The notes below the pieces were generated by a model. That model had not been told where the DNA came from, ran no database searches, and was given only the letters and a program-made list of their open reading frames with translations. Below are positions 54,449 through 62,468 of a stretch of DNA of 64,000 nt, piece by piece. The DNA lies in the IMG/VR virus record IMGVR_UViG_2795386114_000001, positions 28,783 to 92,782 of that record; one strand, 5' to 3'. Positions within the stretch are counted from its first letter, which is position 1. Every line of letters begins with the position of its first letter. The stretch is from a virus. Lineage: Duplodnaviria; Caudoviricetes. The translations under genes and the position numbers were made by a program.

Positions 54449-54636
54449 GTTGAGAATGAAATGAGCGTACGGCAAGTTGGTCATGGGGCGTCCCCCGGCG
54501 CTCGTACTCGCCATCCTCCTCCCGCACCAAAAGCGTCTAACTGCCAGGAACGACGTGAACCGGACGGAAGGATTCGCAGCAGGATGTAGAGGACGGGAAA
54601 CCGGGGAGGACGCCCCGTTATTGTTTCATTCTCAAC
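54449..54636. promoter_or_regulatory. divergent promoter region with TTTCATTCTCAAC ahead of each gene
   Basis: GTTGAGAATGAAA at 54449-54461 is the exact reverse complement of TTTCATTCTCAAC at 54624-54636. Confidence 0.65.
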
Positions 54637-54657
54637 AACTGAAAGGGCTCACCGCCA

Positions 54658-54855
54658 ATGCCCACACGCATCCGCAAGCTTCTTGCCGCCCTGACCATCG
54701 CAGTTGCGGCCACCACCGGCCTCACCCTCGCCACCACGCCGGCCGCAGCCGACGAAATCACCGTCAACACCCCCGTCACCACCCTCGACACCCACTGGGG
54801 ACTCACGCCCGTCGACGTCACGACGGTCACTACCCTCGACACCCACTGGGGCTGA
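54658..54855 (+). CDS. secreted pre-peptide with two VTTLDTHWG repeats
   Basis: GAAAGGG RBS; Sec signal (RIRK, hydrophobic core, PAAA cleavage); mature part DEITVNTPVTTLDTHWG-LTPVDVTTVTTLDTHWG; 26-bp DNA repeat at 54775 and 54826. Confidence 0.8.
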   Translation: MPTRIRKLLAALTIAVAATTGLTLATTPAAADEITVNTPVTTLDTHWGLTPVDVTTVTTLDTHWG

Positions 54856-55155
54856 CACCGCCCCACCCACAAGCCGGCCCGGCAGCAAGCCCCCAGCGCG
54901 CTGCCGGGCCACCCGCCTGTCAGTGCCCCGTGGCACGCTGAACTGGCGCACCGGCTCGCTCCAGTCGGCGGGAGCGAGCCTTGCCACGCCAGGGGCCGTT
55001 GTCAGCGCCGCGTGCCACACTGAAAACGACCGCTCTGCCCCGCCACCCCCGTCGGGTCAGGGCGGTCACGCGTTTCGCTGCGGGCCGCCGACGTGCTGTG
55101 CCACGCTTCCTGTCGCAGCGCCCGCCCATTCCGGAGTAGTGGGCGGTCGCTGCCG

Positions 55156-56037
55156 CTACCGGCGCCACACGTTGACCTTCTCCGTCGACAGCAGCGGCGC
55201 CCCATCCGGGCCCTTCACATGCGACGGGATCCAATGCTTCGACGCGCGAGTCTCCTCGCTGTACCGCTCCGACTTGTACGTCCGCCAATGCCCGGACACC
55301 ACCCACCTGTACCGGTAATGCCGCCCGCCTTCACCGCCGTCAGGGTCCTGATCGCCCGGCGTGTACTGACGCCGCAAGTCCACAACCGTCACTTCCGGGG
55401 CGGGAAGACCATCACGGACATAGGCACGAGCGGTCGGCTTGTCCGCTCGCTCCCGCGTGCGGTCGACGAGAAGAGGCTGCTGCATCAGCAGCCAAGCCGA
55501 CGCCAGCGCCGACACCACCGAGGCAGGGAGCTCGCTGTCGAGCTCGGCCATGGGCAACGGGTCCGCCGTAATGGGGATCGTGGACCCGAACACCGGCACC
55601 AGAGGCGGAATCTCGTCGGTGAGGAGAGTGAACTGGCGGTTGCCGTCAACGACGGAGGCTAGCCGGTCGCGGGACATCAGCAGCCACAGCATCATCTCCC
55701 CGCCGTGAGGCCCCCACGCGCAGGCCTCCACCGGGATCTCCACGCCGTAGCCGTCCATGTGGCCAATGCCGCCCTGCCAGAACAGCAGTCCGCACGGAGA
55801 CGGCCTGTCGGACGTGCTCCAGCGGGCCGCAGCCAGTTGCTCGCCGGCGTGCACTGCCAGGGCGGCCATGTCCTCCCGCGCCCAGTACAGGTCGGCTGCT
55901 TCCAGGTTCACAGCGAGGGCGTCCAGCCCGGGCGCGAGTTCCGGGCTGGCGTTGGAGCGGATGGCCGACGACGGATCGTTCAGGAAGCGCAGGGTCTGCC
56001 GTCGGATCTTCGGCAGAGACGAGGGGCGCAGCGTCAC
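55156..56037 (-). CDS. conserved actinophage hypothetical protein
   Basis: PSPCGLLFW; C-terminal YRYRWVVSGHWR...WIPSHVKGPDGAP. Confidence 0.7.
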   Translation of the reverse strand: MTLRPSSLPKIRRQTLRFLNDPSSAIRSNASPELAPGLDALAVNLEAADLYWAREDMAALAVHAGEQLAAARWSTSDRPSPCGLLFWQGGIGHMDGYGVEIPVEACAWGPHGGEMMLWLLMSRDRLASVVDGNRQFTLLTDEIPPLVPVFGSTIPITADPLPMAELDSELPASVVSALASAWLLMQQPLLVDRTRERADKPTARAYVRDGLPAPEVTVVDLRRQYTPGDQDPDGGEGGRHYRYRWVVSGHWRTYKSERYSEETRASKHWIPSHVKGPDGAPLLSTEKVNVWRR

Positions 56038-56339
56038 TCGGCACCTGCCGGAGCGGTGCGGCGCACGCCACGGAAACTACGCACCCACGCTCCGAGGCGC
56101 CGTTTCGTGTCGTCACCTCCGCCGCCGTTCCACCACTGCCATGCCAACAGCCCGGCCGCAGCGGCTGAGATCGATGCTGCGGTGGTGTACCCCTGTAAGA
56201 AGCCGGCAGCGCAAGTCAGCACCTGGGAGACGGCCATGACGCCGTAGGCGCGGTGAGTGGCGATCCGGCCCAGGGCCAGGGCCACCATGCCAGCAGCGAT
56301 GAGGGCGACCGCTGACGCGTACAAGAAGACGGGAAGCAC
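56034..56339 (-). CDS. small membrane protein (3 TM)
   Basis: AAAGGA RBS; hydrophobic helices; WWNGGGGDDTKRR. Confidence 0.68.
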   Translation of the reverse strand: MLPVFLYASAVALIAAGMVALALGRIATHRAYGVMAVSQVLTCAAGFLQGYTTAASISAAAAGLLAWQWWNGGGGDDTKRRLGAWVRSFRGVRRTAPAGAE

Positions 56340-56357
56340 TGGAATCCTTTCCCGCGG

Positions 56358-56924
56358 TCAGGCGGTCGCCAGGTCGGTGCGCTTACCGCGGCCCGGTCGG
56401 TTGGCGATGGCCTTGCGGACGTCGCCGGCCAGGTACAGGGCCTGGGGGCGCTTCGACTCGGGATGCGGCCGGTACGCGAACGGCTTCAGCCCGAGCTTGG
56501 ACATCACACCGGACGCGGTCTTCGCCGGGTTCGCGGCCGTCGAGTTCAGCTCGTCCCGGCCGATGTCTTCCAGCGTCAGCGGCTCGTTGCGGTCGATGAT
56601 CTCCGCCAGGTCGATGTCCTCCACCATGGCCGCGAAGTCCAGGGCGCCGTCCTCGTCGACCGGGTAGCCGTCGAACTCGCCCTCGTCGGGCTGCCATGGG
56701 CCGATGAACTCATCACCGCACAGCGACACGTCGTCGGGCAGGGCCGCGTTGATGGCGTCCCGGTACTCGGCCTGGATGCGGGCGAGCGCGCCGCTCTCTT
56801 CGAGAAGGGTGCGCCAGTCGTCGTCTCCGCCGTTGATGTAGTCGAGGACGTCGGCGTCGGGGCTGGTGGAGTAGGTGTTGACGCGGTTGCACCAGGTGCC
56901 GTAGCTGGTGGTGGTGGTGGTCAT
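56358..56924 (-). CDS. acidic N-domain + C-terminal HTH-like DNA-binding protein
   Basis: GAGGGG RBS; LTLEDIG...KTASGVMSKLG...LYLAGDVR..RPGRGKRTDL. Confidence 0.68.
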   Translation of the reverse strand: MTTTTTSYGTWCNRVNTYSTSPDADVLDYINGGDDDWRTLLEESGALARIQAEYRDAINAALPDDVSLCGDEFIGPWQPDEGEFDGYPVDEDGALDFAAMVEDIDLAEIIDRNEPLTLEDIGRDELNSTAANPAKTASGVMSKLGLKPFAYRPHPESKRPQALYLAGDVRKAIANRPGRGKRTDLATA

Positions 56925-56966
56925 GGCGGTGTCCCCCTCAGGTGGGTGGTTCCCTGTCCTGAAATA

Positions 56967-56995
56967 ACTATGACGTACGTACGTCGAAGTTGCAA
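56967..56995 (-). promoter_or_regulatory. promoter with palindromic operator
   Basis: Minus strand TTGCAA-N17-CATAGT; perfect palindrome GACGTACGTACGTC at 56972-56985. Confidence 0.7.
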
Positions 56996-57090
56996 CAGGG
57001 TTCACCCATCCGAGTGACAACCCCCCTCCTCCCCCTCGAAAAACCCCAGCTCAGCACACTGCCAGCAACCTGCCTGCGCCCGCGGAGCGC

Positions 57091-57426
57091 CTAGCCCCGC
57101 AGCCCGTTCTCCGGGTTGCACACCCCGCACATCTCCACCGTCAGCGCATCATCCTCCAACGCCAGCAGCACCTCACCACGCTCCAGGAATCCCGTCTCGC
57201 CCTTCCAGATCCCGCACCCGCCCCGGTGCAGGACCGTCCGACCGTCCCGGGCCGGCTCCAGCTTCCACCGCGCCTCCGCCCACGCCCGCTGCGCCTGCCG
57301 GTGCTCCCGCTCCGCCTCAGCCTCGAGCGTGCGGATCTTCTGCCGCGTGCTGTTGAGCTGCCAGTCCAGCCACTCTTCGAGGGCACGGAGCTTGGCGAGG
57401 CGTTCCGCAGGGGGCATGTCGTTCAC
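57091..57426 (-). CDS. DUF6233-like protein
   Basis: LRALEEWLDWQL..., WKLEP..VLHRGGC...CGVCNPE; leaderless GTG start. Confidence 0.7.
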   Translation of the reverse strand: MNDMPPAERLAKLRALEEWLDWQLNSTRQKIRTLEAEAEREHRQAQRAWAEARWKLEPARDGRTVLHRGGCGIWKGETGFLERGEVLLALEDDALTVEMCGVCNPENGLRG

Positions 57427-57439
57427 GTGTTCGATCCTA
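57419..57439 (-). promoter_or_regulatory. LexA (SOS) box overlapping the -10 and start codon
   Basis: Minus strand TAGGAT then TCGAAC-ACGT-GAACGA, fitting the actinobacterial TCGAAC-N4-GNNCGA pattern. Confidence 0.6.
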
Positions 57440-57639
57440 TGGGCATGAAAAAAGGGCCCGCTACCTGGCGTGATGCCAGACAGCGGACCCGACCCGCAAC
57501 AGGGCGCCCCCCTCGGTGACGGTGACAGCACCGTACGCCCCGCCCCACGCAAAAAGGAACGGCCCGTCGCCCCTTTCCCAGAGACGACGAGCCGTCCAGC
57601 AGCCGTTCGCAGCTCGCTGCGTACCGGCACCGTACCCGC

Positions 57640-58290
57640 CTACCCGCCCGCCCCGTAAGGCCGCAGCACCGCATCCACCCCGGCCGCCACCTCCCGCGAC
57701 CGAGACCACGACCAGCCAGCCGGCGCAGCACGCAACACCCGCCGCACCTGATCGGCCCCGACGACCTGCACCATCCCGGCCGCCGTCGCCGCCTGAAGGT
57801 GACCGCCCCGCACTGTGGAGCCGTGGACCACCAGCAGCGGCCACACCGCCACACCGGGCATGCCGAGCGCCTGGCCGACCAGCAGCGCGTACCGGGCCAC
57901 CTTCTCCGCTTCACCGTGCCGGTCCTCCACCCCACAGCACAGCCGGCCACCATCGGCGTGCGTATCCCGCCCGGCATGCCAGCGCTTCGTGTCCGCAACC
58001 ACCACCGCGGTACCGCACGGGGAGACGAGCACGTGGTCGAGGTTGAAGCGGCGGCCCGCCAACCGCCGGTCGTGGCGGATCCGCCAGCCCCGTAATCGCA
58101 GCGGCCAAACGATCCGGGCCGTCTTCCTCTCGTACCGGCCACCGAGCTCCCACAAGGCCGCCTGGGCGTCCGCACGCCCCGCCTCCGGGTTCAGGCCCAC
58201 CCACGCCGTCACGCGCCGCCACGGGCCCCGTCGGGCGTGCGCACGAAGTCGCGCAGCCTCACGCTCCGCCGAGTTCCGAAACGCGGTCAC
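57640..58290 (-). CDS. NERD nuclease-related domain protein
   Basis: GGRYERKTA, WRIRHD, NLDHVLVSP, VADTKRW; TTA codon at 58093-58095. Confidence 0.8.
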   Translation of the reverse strand: MTAFRNSAEREAARLRAHARRGPWRRVTAWVGLNPEAGRADAQAALWELGGRYERKTARIVWPLRLRGWRIRHDRRLAGRRFNLDHVLVSPCGTAVVVADTKRWHAGRDTHADGGRLCCGVEDRHGEAEKVARYALLVGQALGMPGVAVWPLLVVHGSTVRGGHLQAATAAGMVQVVGADQVRRVLRAAPAGWSWSRSREVAAGVDAVLRPYGAGG

Positions 58291-58715
58291 GCCTGACGCC
58301 CCGAGCTGATCGTGACGTCCAGGCGCATGTCCTGCCCGTGCTCCGCGACCACCAGATCCCGGATGGTCTCAGCCCAATGGGCGGCGTTCTCGTCGGTCGG
58401 GGCCTGCACCACGATCCGTACCTCCCGCACCCCTGGTGGCGCCTGCGCCTCCTTTGCCCGGCCCTTGTGATACGCGCGCCACTCCTGGTAGTACGCCCAG
58501 CCCAACAGATCCGCCGTACCGCCCTTCACCTGGCCACCCAGCAGGACACCGAGAGCGACCCGCAGACCGACCAGTTCGCCCCGCACGTGCTCTAGGACGG
58601 CCACCGGCGTATTCGGGTCCTTCTTCAGGTCCTCGAGCCGCTGGTAGCGGCGGTGCCATTCCGCGGCCAGCCTGTCGCGGAGCTCAGTCGCTTCAGTCGC
58701 TGTCTGATCGGTCAT
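58287..58715 (-). CDS. hypothetical protein
   Basis: GAGGAAG RBS, coupled ORF. Confidence 0.6.
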   Translation of the reverse strand: MTDQTATEATELRDRLAAEWHRRYQRLEDLKKDPNTPVAVLEHVRGELVGLRVALGVLLGGQVKGGTADLLGWAYYQEWRAYHKGRAKEAQAPPGVREVRIVVQAPTDENAAHWAETIRDLVVAEHGQDMRLDVTISSGRQA

Positions 58716-58906
58716 GCTGCTTCCTCTCGGGGGTTCCAGGTGTCGGGGCCGGGGATGGTCTGTACGCGGCGTCCCTTGTGCCGTGCGGGCCAGATCCGGC
58801 CCACCGTGCGGCGTGGGCATCGAGGGCTGCCGTGCCGGTACAGCAGGCCTCGCCGGGTCATCGCGACCGGGCGGTGGCAGTCAGGACAGGTGGTGCGGGT
58901 GGTCAC
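58712..58906 (-). CDS. small Cys/His protein
   Basis: CPDC...RH..RC; overlapping start/stop at both ends. Confidence 0.5.
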   Translation of the reverse strand: MTTRTTCPDCHRPVAMTRRGLLYRHGSPRCPRRTVGRIWPARHKGRRVQTIPGPDTWNPREEAA

Positions 58907-59148
58907 GCTGACCTCCGGGGCTTCGAAGGGGCGGGTTGGGCGTGTGCGCGGCGGGGCCGGCCGTGGCGTATTCGGCGGACGCCGTGCTCTACGACCAGCG
59001 CCAGGGCGACGGACACGGCCGTGCAGACGAGGACAGCGCCCGGGCTGAGCACGCGAGCGTGGATCAGGGTGAGCCAGGTCCAGGCGACGGCACAGGCTAT
59101 GCCGCCGACGAGCAGGCACTGAGCGAGGAGTGGTGGGATGCGGTGCAC
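58903..59148 (-). CDS. small membrane protein (2 TM)
   Basis: GGAGG RBS; two hydrophobic helices. Confidence 0.6.
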   Translation of the reverse strand: MHRIPPLLAQCLLVGGIACAVAWTWLTLIHARVLSPGAVLVCTAVSVALALVVEHGVRRIRHGRPRRAHAQPAPSKPRRSA

Positions 59149-59252
59149 GGGGCCCTCCGGGCGGATGTGACAGCGAGTTACGGGAAGCGGAGACTTACTG
59201 GCGGGTACGGGTCCCGGCCCCGCGGATCGGGCATAGTTCGATCAAAGTCCGG

Positions 59253-59669
59253 TCACGCTGAGTTTCGTTGGGCGTCCTTCCGAGCGGCCCTACGCTCCCG
59301 CCGGTACGCGCGCTCCCCGTCCCAGCACGCCTCACACGGCTCCTCACCGCGGTACTTGTGAGCGGCGAAACCTGCGTGGTCACCGTGACGCCGGCCCGGA
59401 TCGAGGATCCCGGCGCGGCAGGCCAGGAGGACGGCGTTCGGCATGTTCACTGCGCCGAGCTTCCGGAAGACCTCGGTCATCAGCTTGCCAACGCTCTTCT
59501 CGTCGATCCCCAGGCCGCGGGCGATCTGCTTGTGGGTCTGGCCTGCCGCCGCCCGGGTGAGCGCGTCCAACTGCCTCGGGGTGAGGGGCCTGTCGCTCGG
59601 GCCGCGACGTGAAGACGGGACGGGCCCGCCACCCTGCGGTGACGGGCCCACCAGCACCGGGGCGCTCAC
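59253..59669 (-). CDS. LuxR-type HTH protein with C-terminal zinc-binding motif
   Basis: PLTPRQLDALTRAAAGQTHKQIARGLGI...KLGA; HGDHAG..H...CEAC. Confidence 0.78.
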   Translation of the reverse strand: MSAPVLVGPSPQGGGPVPSSRRGPSDRPLTPRQLDALTRAAAGQTHKQIARGLGIDEKSVGKLMTEVFRKLGAVNMPNAVLLACRAGILDPGRRHGDHAGFAAHKYRGEEPCEACWDGERAYRRERRAARKDAQRNSA

Positions 59670-60238
59670 GCTGCCACCCCATACCGCTCGAGGACCGTCT
59701 CCTTCGGCAGGTACAGCGGATGCCGCGGATGACCCGCGGACGTCGTCCCCAGACACGACAGCGCCACGCCACGCCCCCGCAGCACCCCCACCACCTCACG
59801 GCCTCGCTGCACAGCCATCGGGAACGCGCCCCACGCCACCACCACACCGTCCCCGATCGCGGCGGCACGCCGAATGAACGCATCCCCCAACGGGCCGACC
59901 GGATCCGGATGCCGCACCAGATCCTGCGGGTCCGGCGAGCACAGGGAGAACAGGTTCACCACCACCACACCCCCGGCCTTCTCTCGGCGCGCGAACCCGG
60001 TCGGGCCGGCCAGCCTCCGAATCGTCGGATCGTCCTGCAACGCGTTCGCGGTGGACGGGTTCAGCATCAGCACCACGAGCGGCTTCACCGTGGGATCCCA
60101 GATCCGGGTGAGCAGGTAGCGGTAGGTGCGGGCCCGGCTGTCGAACACCGCGGACGCGACACCACCAGCGAGGTCGCGGCTCTGTTCGACGTGGACGTCG
60201 AGCTCGGTGTCCGTGGGCGTCATCGTCAGAACCGTCAT
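59666..60238 (-). CDS. DUF1643 family protein
   Basis: YRYLLTRIWD, MLNPSTA, DDPTIRR, VVVAWG, PRHPLYL. Confidence 0.88.
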   Translation of the reverse strand: MTVLTMTPTDTELDVHVEQSRDLAGGVASAVFDSRARTYRYLLTRIWDPTVKPLVVLMLNPSTANALQDDPTIRRLAGPTGFARREKAGGVVVVNLFSLCSPDPQDLVRHPDPVGPLGDAFIRRAAAIGDGVVVAWGAFPMAVQRGREVVGVLRGRGVALSCLGTTSAGHPRHPLYLPKETVLERYGVAA

Positions 60239-60720
60239 ACGGTGCGCTCCTCGGTCCACTCGCCGCCCGCGACATCACGGCGCAGCAGCCCGGCAGGCTC
60301 CCGCCAGCCCTTCCCCACGTTTTCCAGCAGGTACGCCGCATGACGGTCCCGGTCGGCCTCCGTGTCGCAGGTGATGACGTAGCCGTCCGTGCAGCGGATC
60401 CCGAACAGGTGGGCATCCTCACGACGCTGGCGTTCCTCGTCGACGTGCGCGTTGTGCAGATCGCACGCCCGATCCGGCCCGACCTGCTCGTACCAGGCGT
60501 CCACCTTGGGCTCGTGCTTCAGGTAGAAGACGCGCAGCGCACCCAGGTCGTTGGCGACCGCCTGAAGCTCGGTGTCCTCGAACCGTGGCGGGTAGTTCTC
60601 GGCGGCGTAGGTGAAGCCCTCAAAGCCGACCTTGGAGACGAAGCACTCGAACTCGAGGAAGTCGTAGTCGGACCAGGTGGTGGGGTTGTGGATGCTGGCG
60701 GTCTCGGGGTTGGTGGTCAT
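60235..60720 (-). CDS. hypothetical protein
   Basis: AAGGAG RBS; high GC3. Confidence 0.62.
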   Translation of the reverse strand: MTTNPETASIHNPTTWSDYDFLEFECFVSKVGFEGFTYAAENYPPRFEDTELQAVANDLGALRVFYLKHEPKVDAWYEQVGPDRACDLHNAHVDEERQRREDAHLFGIRCTDGYVITCDTEADRDRHAAYLLENVGKGWREPAGLLRRDVAGGEWTEERTV

Positions 60721-61163
60721 GCTGCGGGGGTCTCCTTCGGGGTCGTGGAACGTCGGGTGTAGGTCAGCCGGTCGGACGGGCTCAGCGCCTGCCTCGGAAG
60801 GCCACGTGACGGCGTAGCGGGCGCCGGGACCGGCTCGGGAATGTCGACTTGGTTGTCGAAGTGCCACACCTTCAGCCACACCCCGTCGGCCTGCCACACA
60901 CACGCGACACAGCCCGGCTCGTCGTAGTCCAGGCGCGGCCGCAGGTCGCTGATGCTGTCCGCGAACTTCGTCAGCATCTCCGCCTGATCCGGGCCGTGAA
61001 CCTGCATCGACCACACCGGCACAGGCCCGCTGGCGTCGAAGCCCCAGGCGCCGGCGGTGACATCGAGGTGGCCCTGATAGTTGCGGGAGGTCTTCCACTT
61101 GTGGTCGGCGGCCATCCGGACCGCTATCTGCTCGCCGACGGGTTCGGGTGTGGATGTGCTCAT
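60717..61163 (-). CDS. hypothetical protein
   Basis: AGGAAG RBS; ATGA coupling. Confidence 0.62.
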   Translation of the reverse strand: MSTSTPEPVGEQIAVRMAADHKWKTSRNYQGHLDVTAGAWGFDASGPVPVWSMQVHGPDQAEMLTKFADSISDLRPRLDYDEPGCVACVWQADGVWLKVWHFDNQVDIPEPVPAPATPSRGLPRQALSPSDRLTYTRRSTTPKETPAA

Positions 61164-61212
61164 GAGCGCTTCCTGATGAGGAGTGAGAGAGACAGGGAGA
61201 CAAGGGCGGGTG

Positions 61213-61773
61213 TTACCAGAGCTTGGGAAGACCGGCGGGCGACACGTACGGCACCGGCACCGAACCCACACCGGGCGACTCCCACCACGTCACAGCGACC
61301 GCGCCCGGGCTGTCTTCCGCAACCGGGGTGACCGTCCAGCCGCCGTCGGTGCGGCGCGCGAACACCGCATGCCCGCTGTTCAGGTAGTAGTAGGCGTCCA
61401 CCAGGTTCCGGTTTGCGTCGTCCAGCAGGTTCGGCTGCCCGCACACCTCCCGGTAGTAGGTGTCCAACGCCTCAAGGGCCCGCGCCTTGATACCGGTGAC
61501 GGCGATGGCGTCACCGTCCTCACCGAGGGAAGCGACGAGGACGCCGGCGAACTCGCCTTCCATGTCGTCGACGCTCGGCGTGAACACCTGGCCGACCTGC
61601 GGGTGGATGTGGCGGTCGGTGTCGGGGAGCGGCGTCTGGCAGAAGTGGCAGGTGTCGTAGGTGCCGGGGTTGAGCTCGCCGCACCGGCACTTCTTGAACG
61701 TGCCGGCCTGCTGGTATGCGGCTAGTTCGTTCCAGTAGCTGGCGGGGTTGTTGGGGTCTTCGTCGAGGGCCAT
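61213..61773 (-). CDS. hypothetical protein with zinc ribbon
   Basis: CRCGELN...CHFCQTPL. Confidence 0.65.
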   Translation of the reverse strand: MALDEDPNNPASYWNELAAYQQAGTFKKCRCGELNPGTYDTCHFCQTPLPDTDRHIHPQVGQVFTPSVDDMEGEFAGVLVASLGEDGDAIAVTGIKARALEALDTYYREVCGQPNLLDDANRNLVDAYYYLNSGHAVFARRTDGGWTVTPVAEDSPGAVAVTWWESPGVGSVPVPYVSPAGLPKLW

Positions 61774-61898
61774 CGGAGTCTCCGGTAGGGCTGGGTAGGG
61801 GTCTGCCCCACCCCGCTGGGGGGTGCGGGGCGGGGCAGGTGCCGCGCAAGGGGGATGCGCGGCCGGGCGGTCCCCCGAGGGGGCGAGGGGACCGCGGT

Positions 61899-62012
61899 CT
61901 ACTGGCCGTAGTGCTCGGACGGGTCGTCCGTCTGGCCTTCGCTGGTGGAGCAGCCGGGGTGGTGAATGCCGCGCGCGATCTCTTCGGGGCGGGCCCCGCA
62001 GTCGCAGGACAT
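61899..62012 (-). CDS. very small Cys/His protein (37 aa)
   Basis: TGATG coupling; MSCDCGA...HHPGC. Confidence 0.45.
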   Translation of the reverse strand: MSCDCGARPEEIARGIHHPGCSTSEGQTDDPSEHYGQ

Positions 62013-62326
62013 CAGGCCGCGAGCCGGAACGGTGCGGCCGTCTGGCGCAGGAGGTCCGCGTACTCGGCGACGGTCCCGGTGACCGGGGGCAGCGCCTTGC
62101 GGGCGGCGGCGCGGGCCTGGTCGCGGAGTCGGCCGTTGGGGATGTGGTCGACCGCGCCGGCGGCGGTCCACATGGTCACGTCGAGGCGTCCCTGGGTCAT
62201 GCAGCGGGGGATCTCGTGGCCGGTGAGGGGGTGGGTGAGGGTCGCGGACTCGTCGAGGGTGCTGGCGGCGAGGGTGAGGATGAGGGCGGCCAGCTGCTCG
62301 GGGGTGGTGTGGTGGGTGTACGGCAT
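62012..62326 (-). CDS. hypothetical protein
   Basis: AAGGGGGA RBS; first gene after promoter copy 3. Confidence 0.62.
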   Translation of the reverse strand: MPYTHHTTPEQLAALILTLAASTLDESATLTHPLTGHEIPRCMTQGRLDVTMWTAAGAVDHIPNGRLRDQARAAARKALPPVTGTVAEYADLLRQTAAPFRLAA

Positions 62327-62361
62327 GGGGTCCCCCTTGGGCGGTGGGTTGCTGTCGATAC

Positions 62362-62403
62362 GTCCACAGTACCTGTATGAGCATTGCCATGCAATGCCTA
62401 GAG
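62362..62403 (-). promoter_or_regulatory. promoter/operator copy 3
   Basis: Minus strand CTCTAGGCATTGCATGGCAATGCTCATACAGGTACTGTGGA = TTGCAT-N17-TACTGT with the palindrome. Confidence 0.78.
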
Positions 62404-62468
62404 CGATACCGACACCCGGCCATACAGAAGGGGCCCGACCCGAAGGCCAGACCCCTCCCACGCACATC

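Noticed and set aside
54775-54851. Direct repeats as a mini CRISPR array
   Set aside because: Only two copies, in frame, encoding peptide repeats; no cas genes
54658-54855. Peptide as a RiPP precursor
   Set aside because: It has a Sec signal rather than a RiPP leader and no maturase is nearby; modification in trans cannot be excluded
59227-59241. Possible second SOS box (TCGAAC-TAT-GCCCGA on the minus strand)
   Set aside because: Spacer is one base short of the consensus
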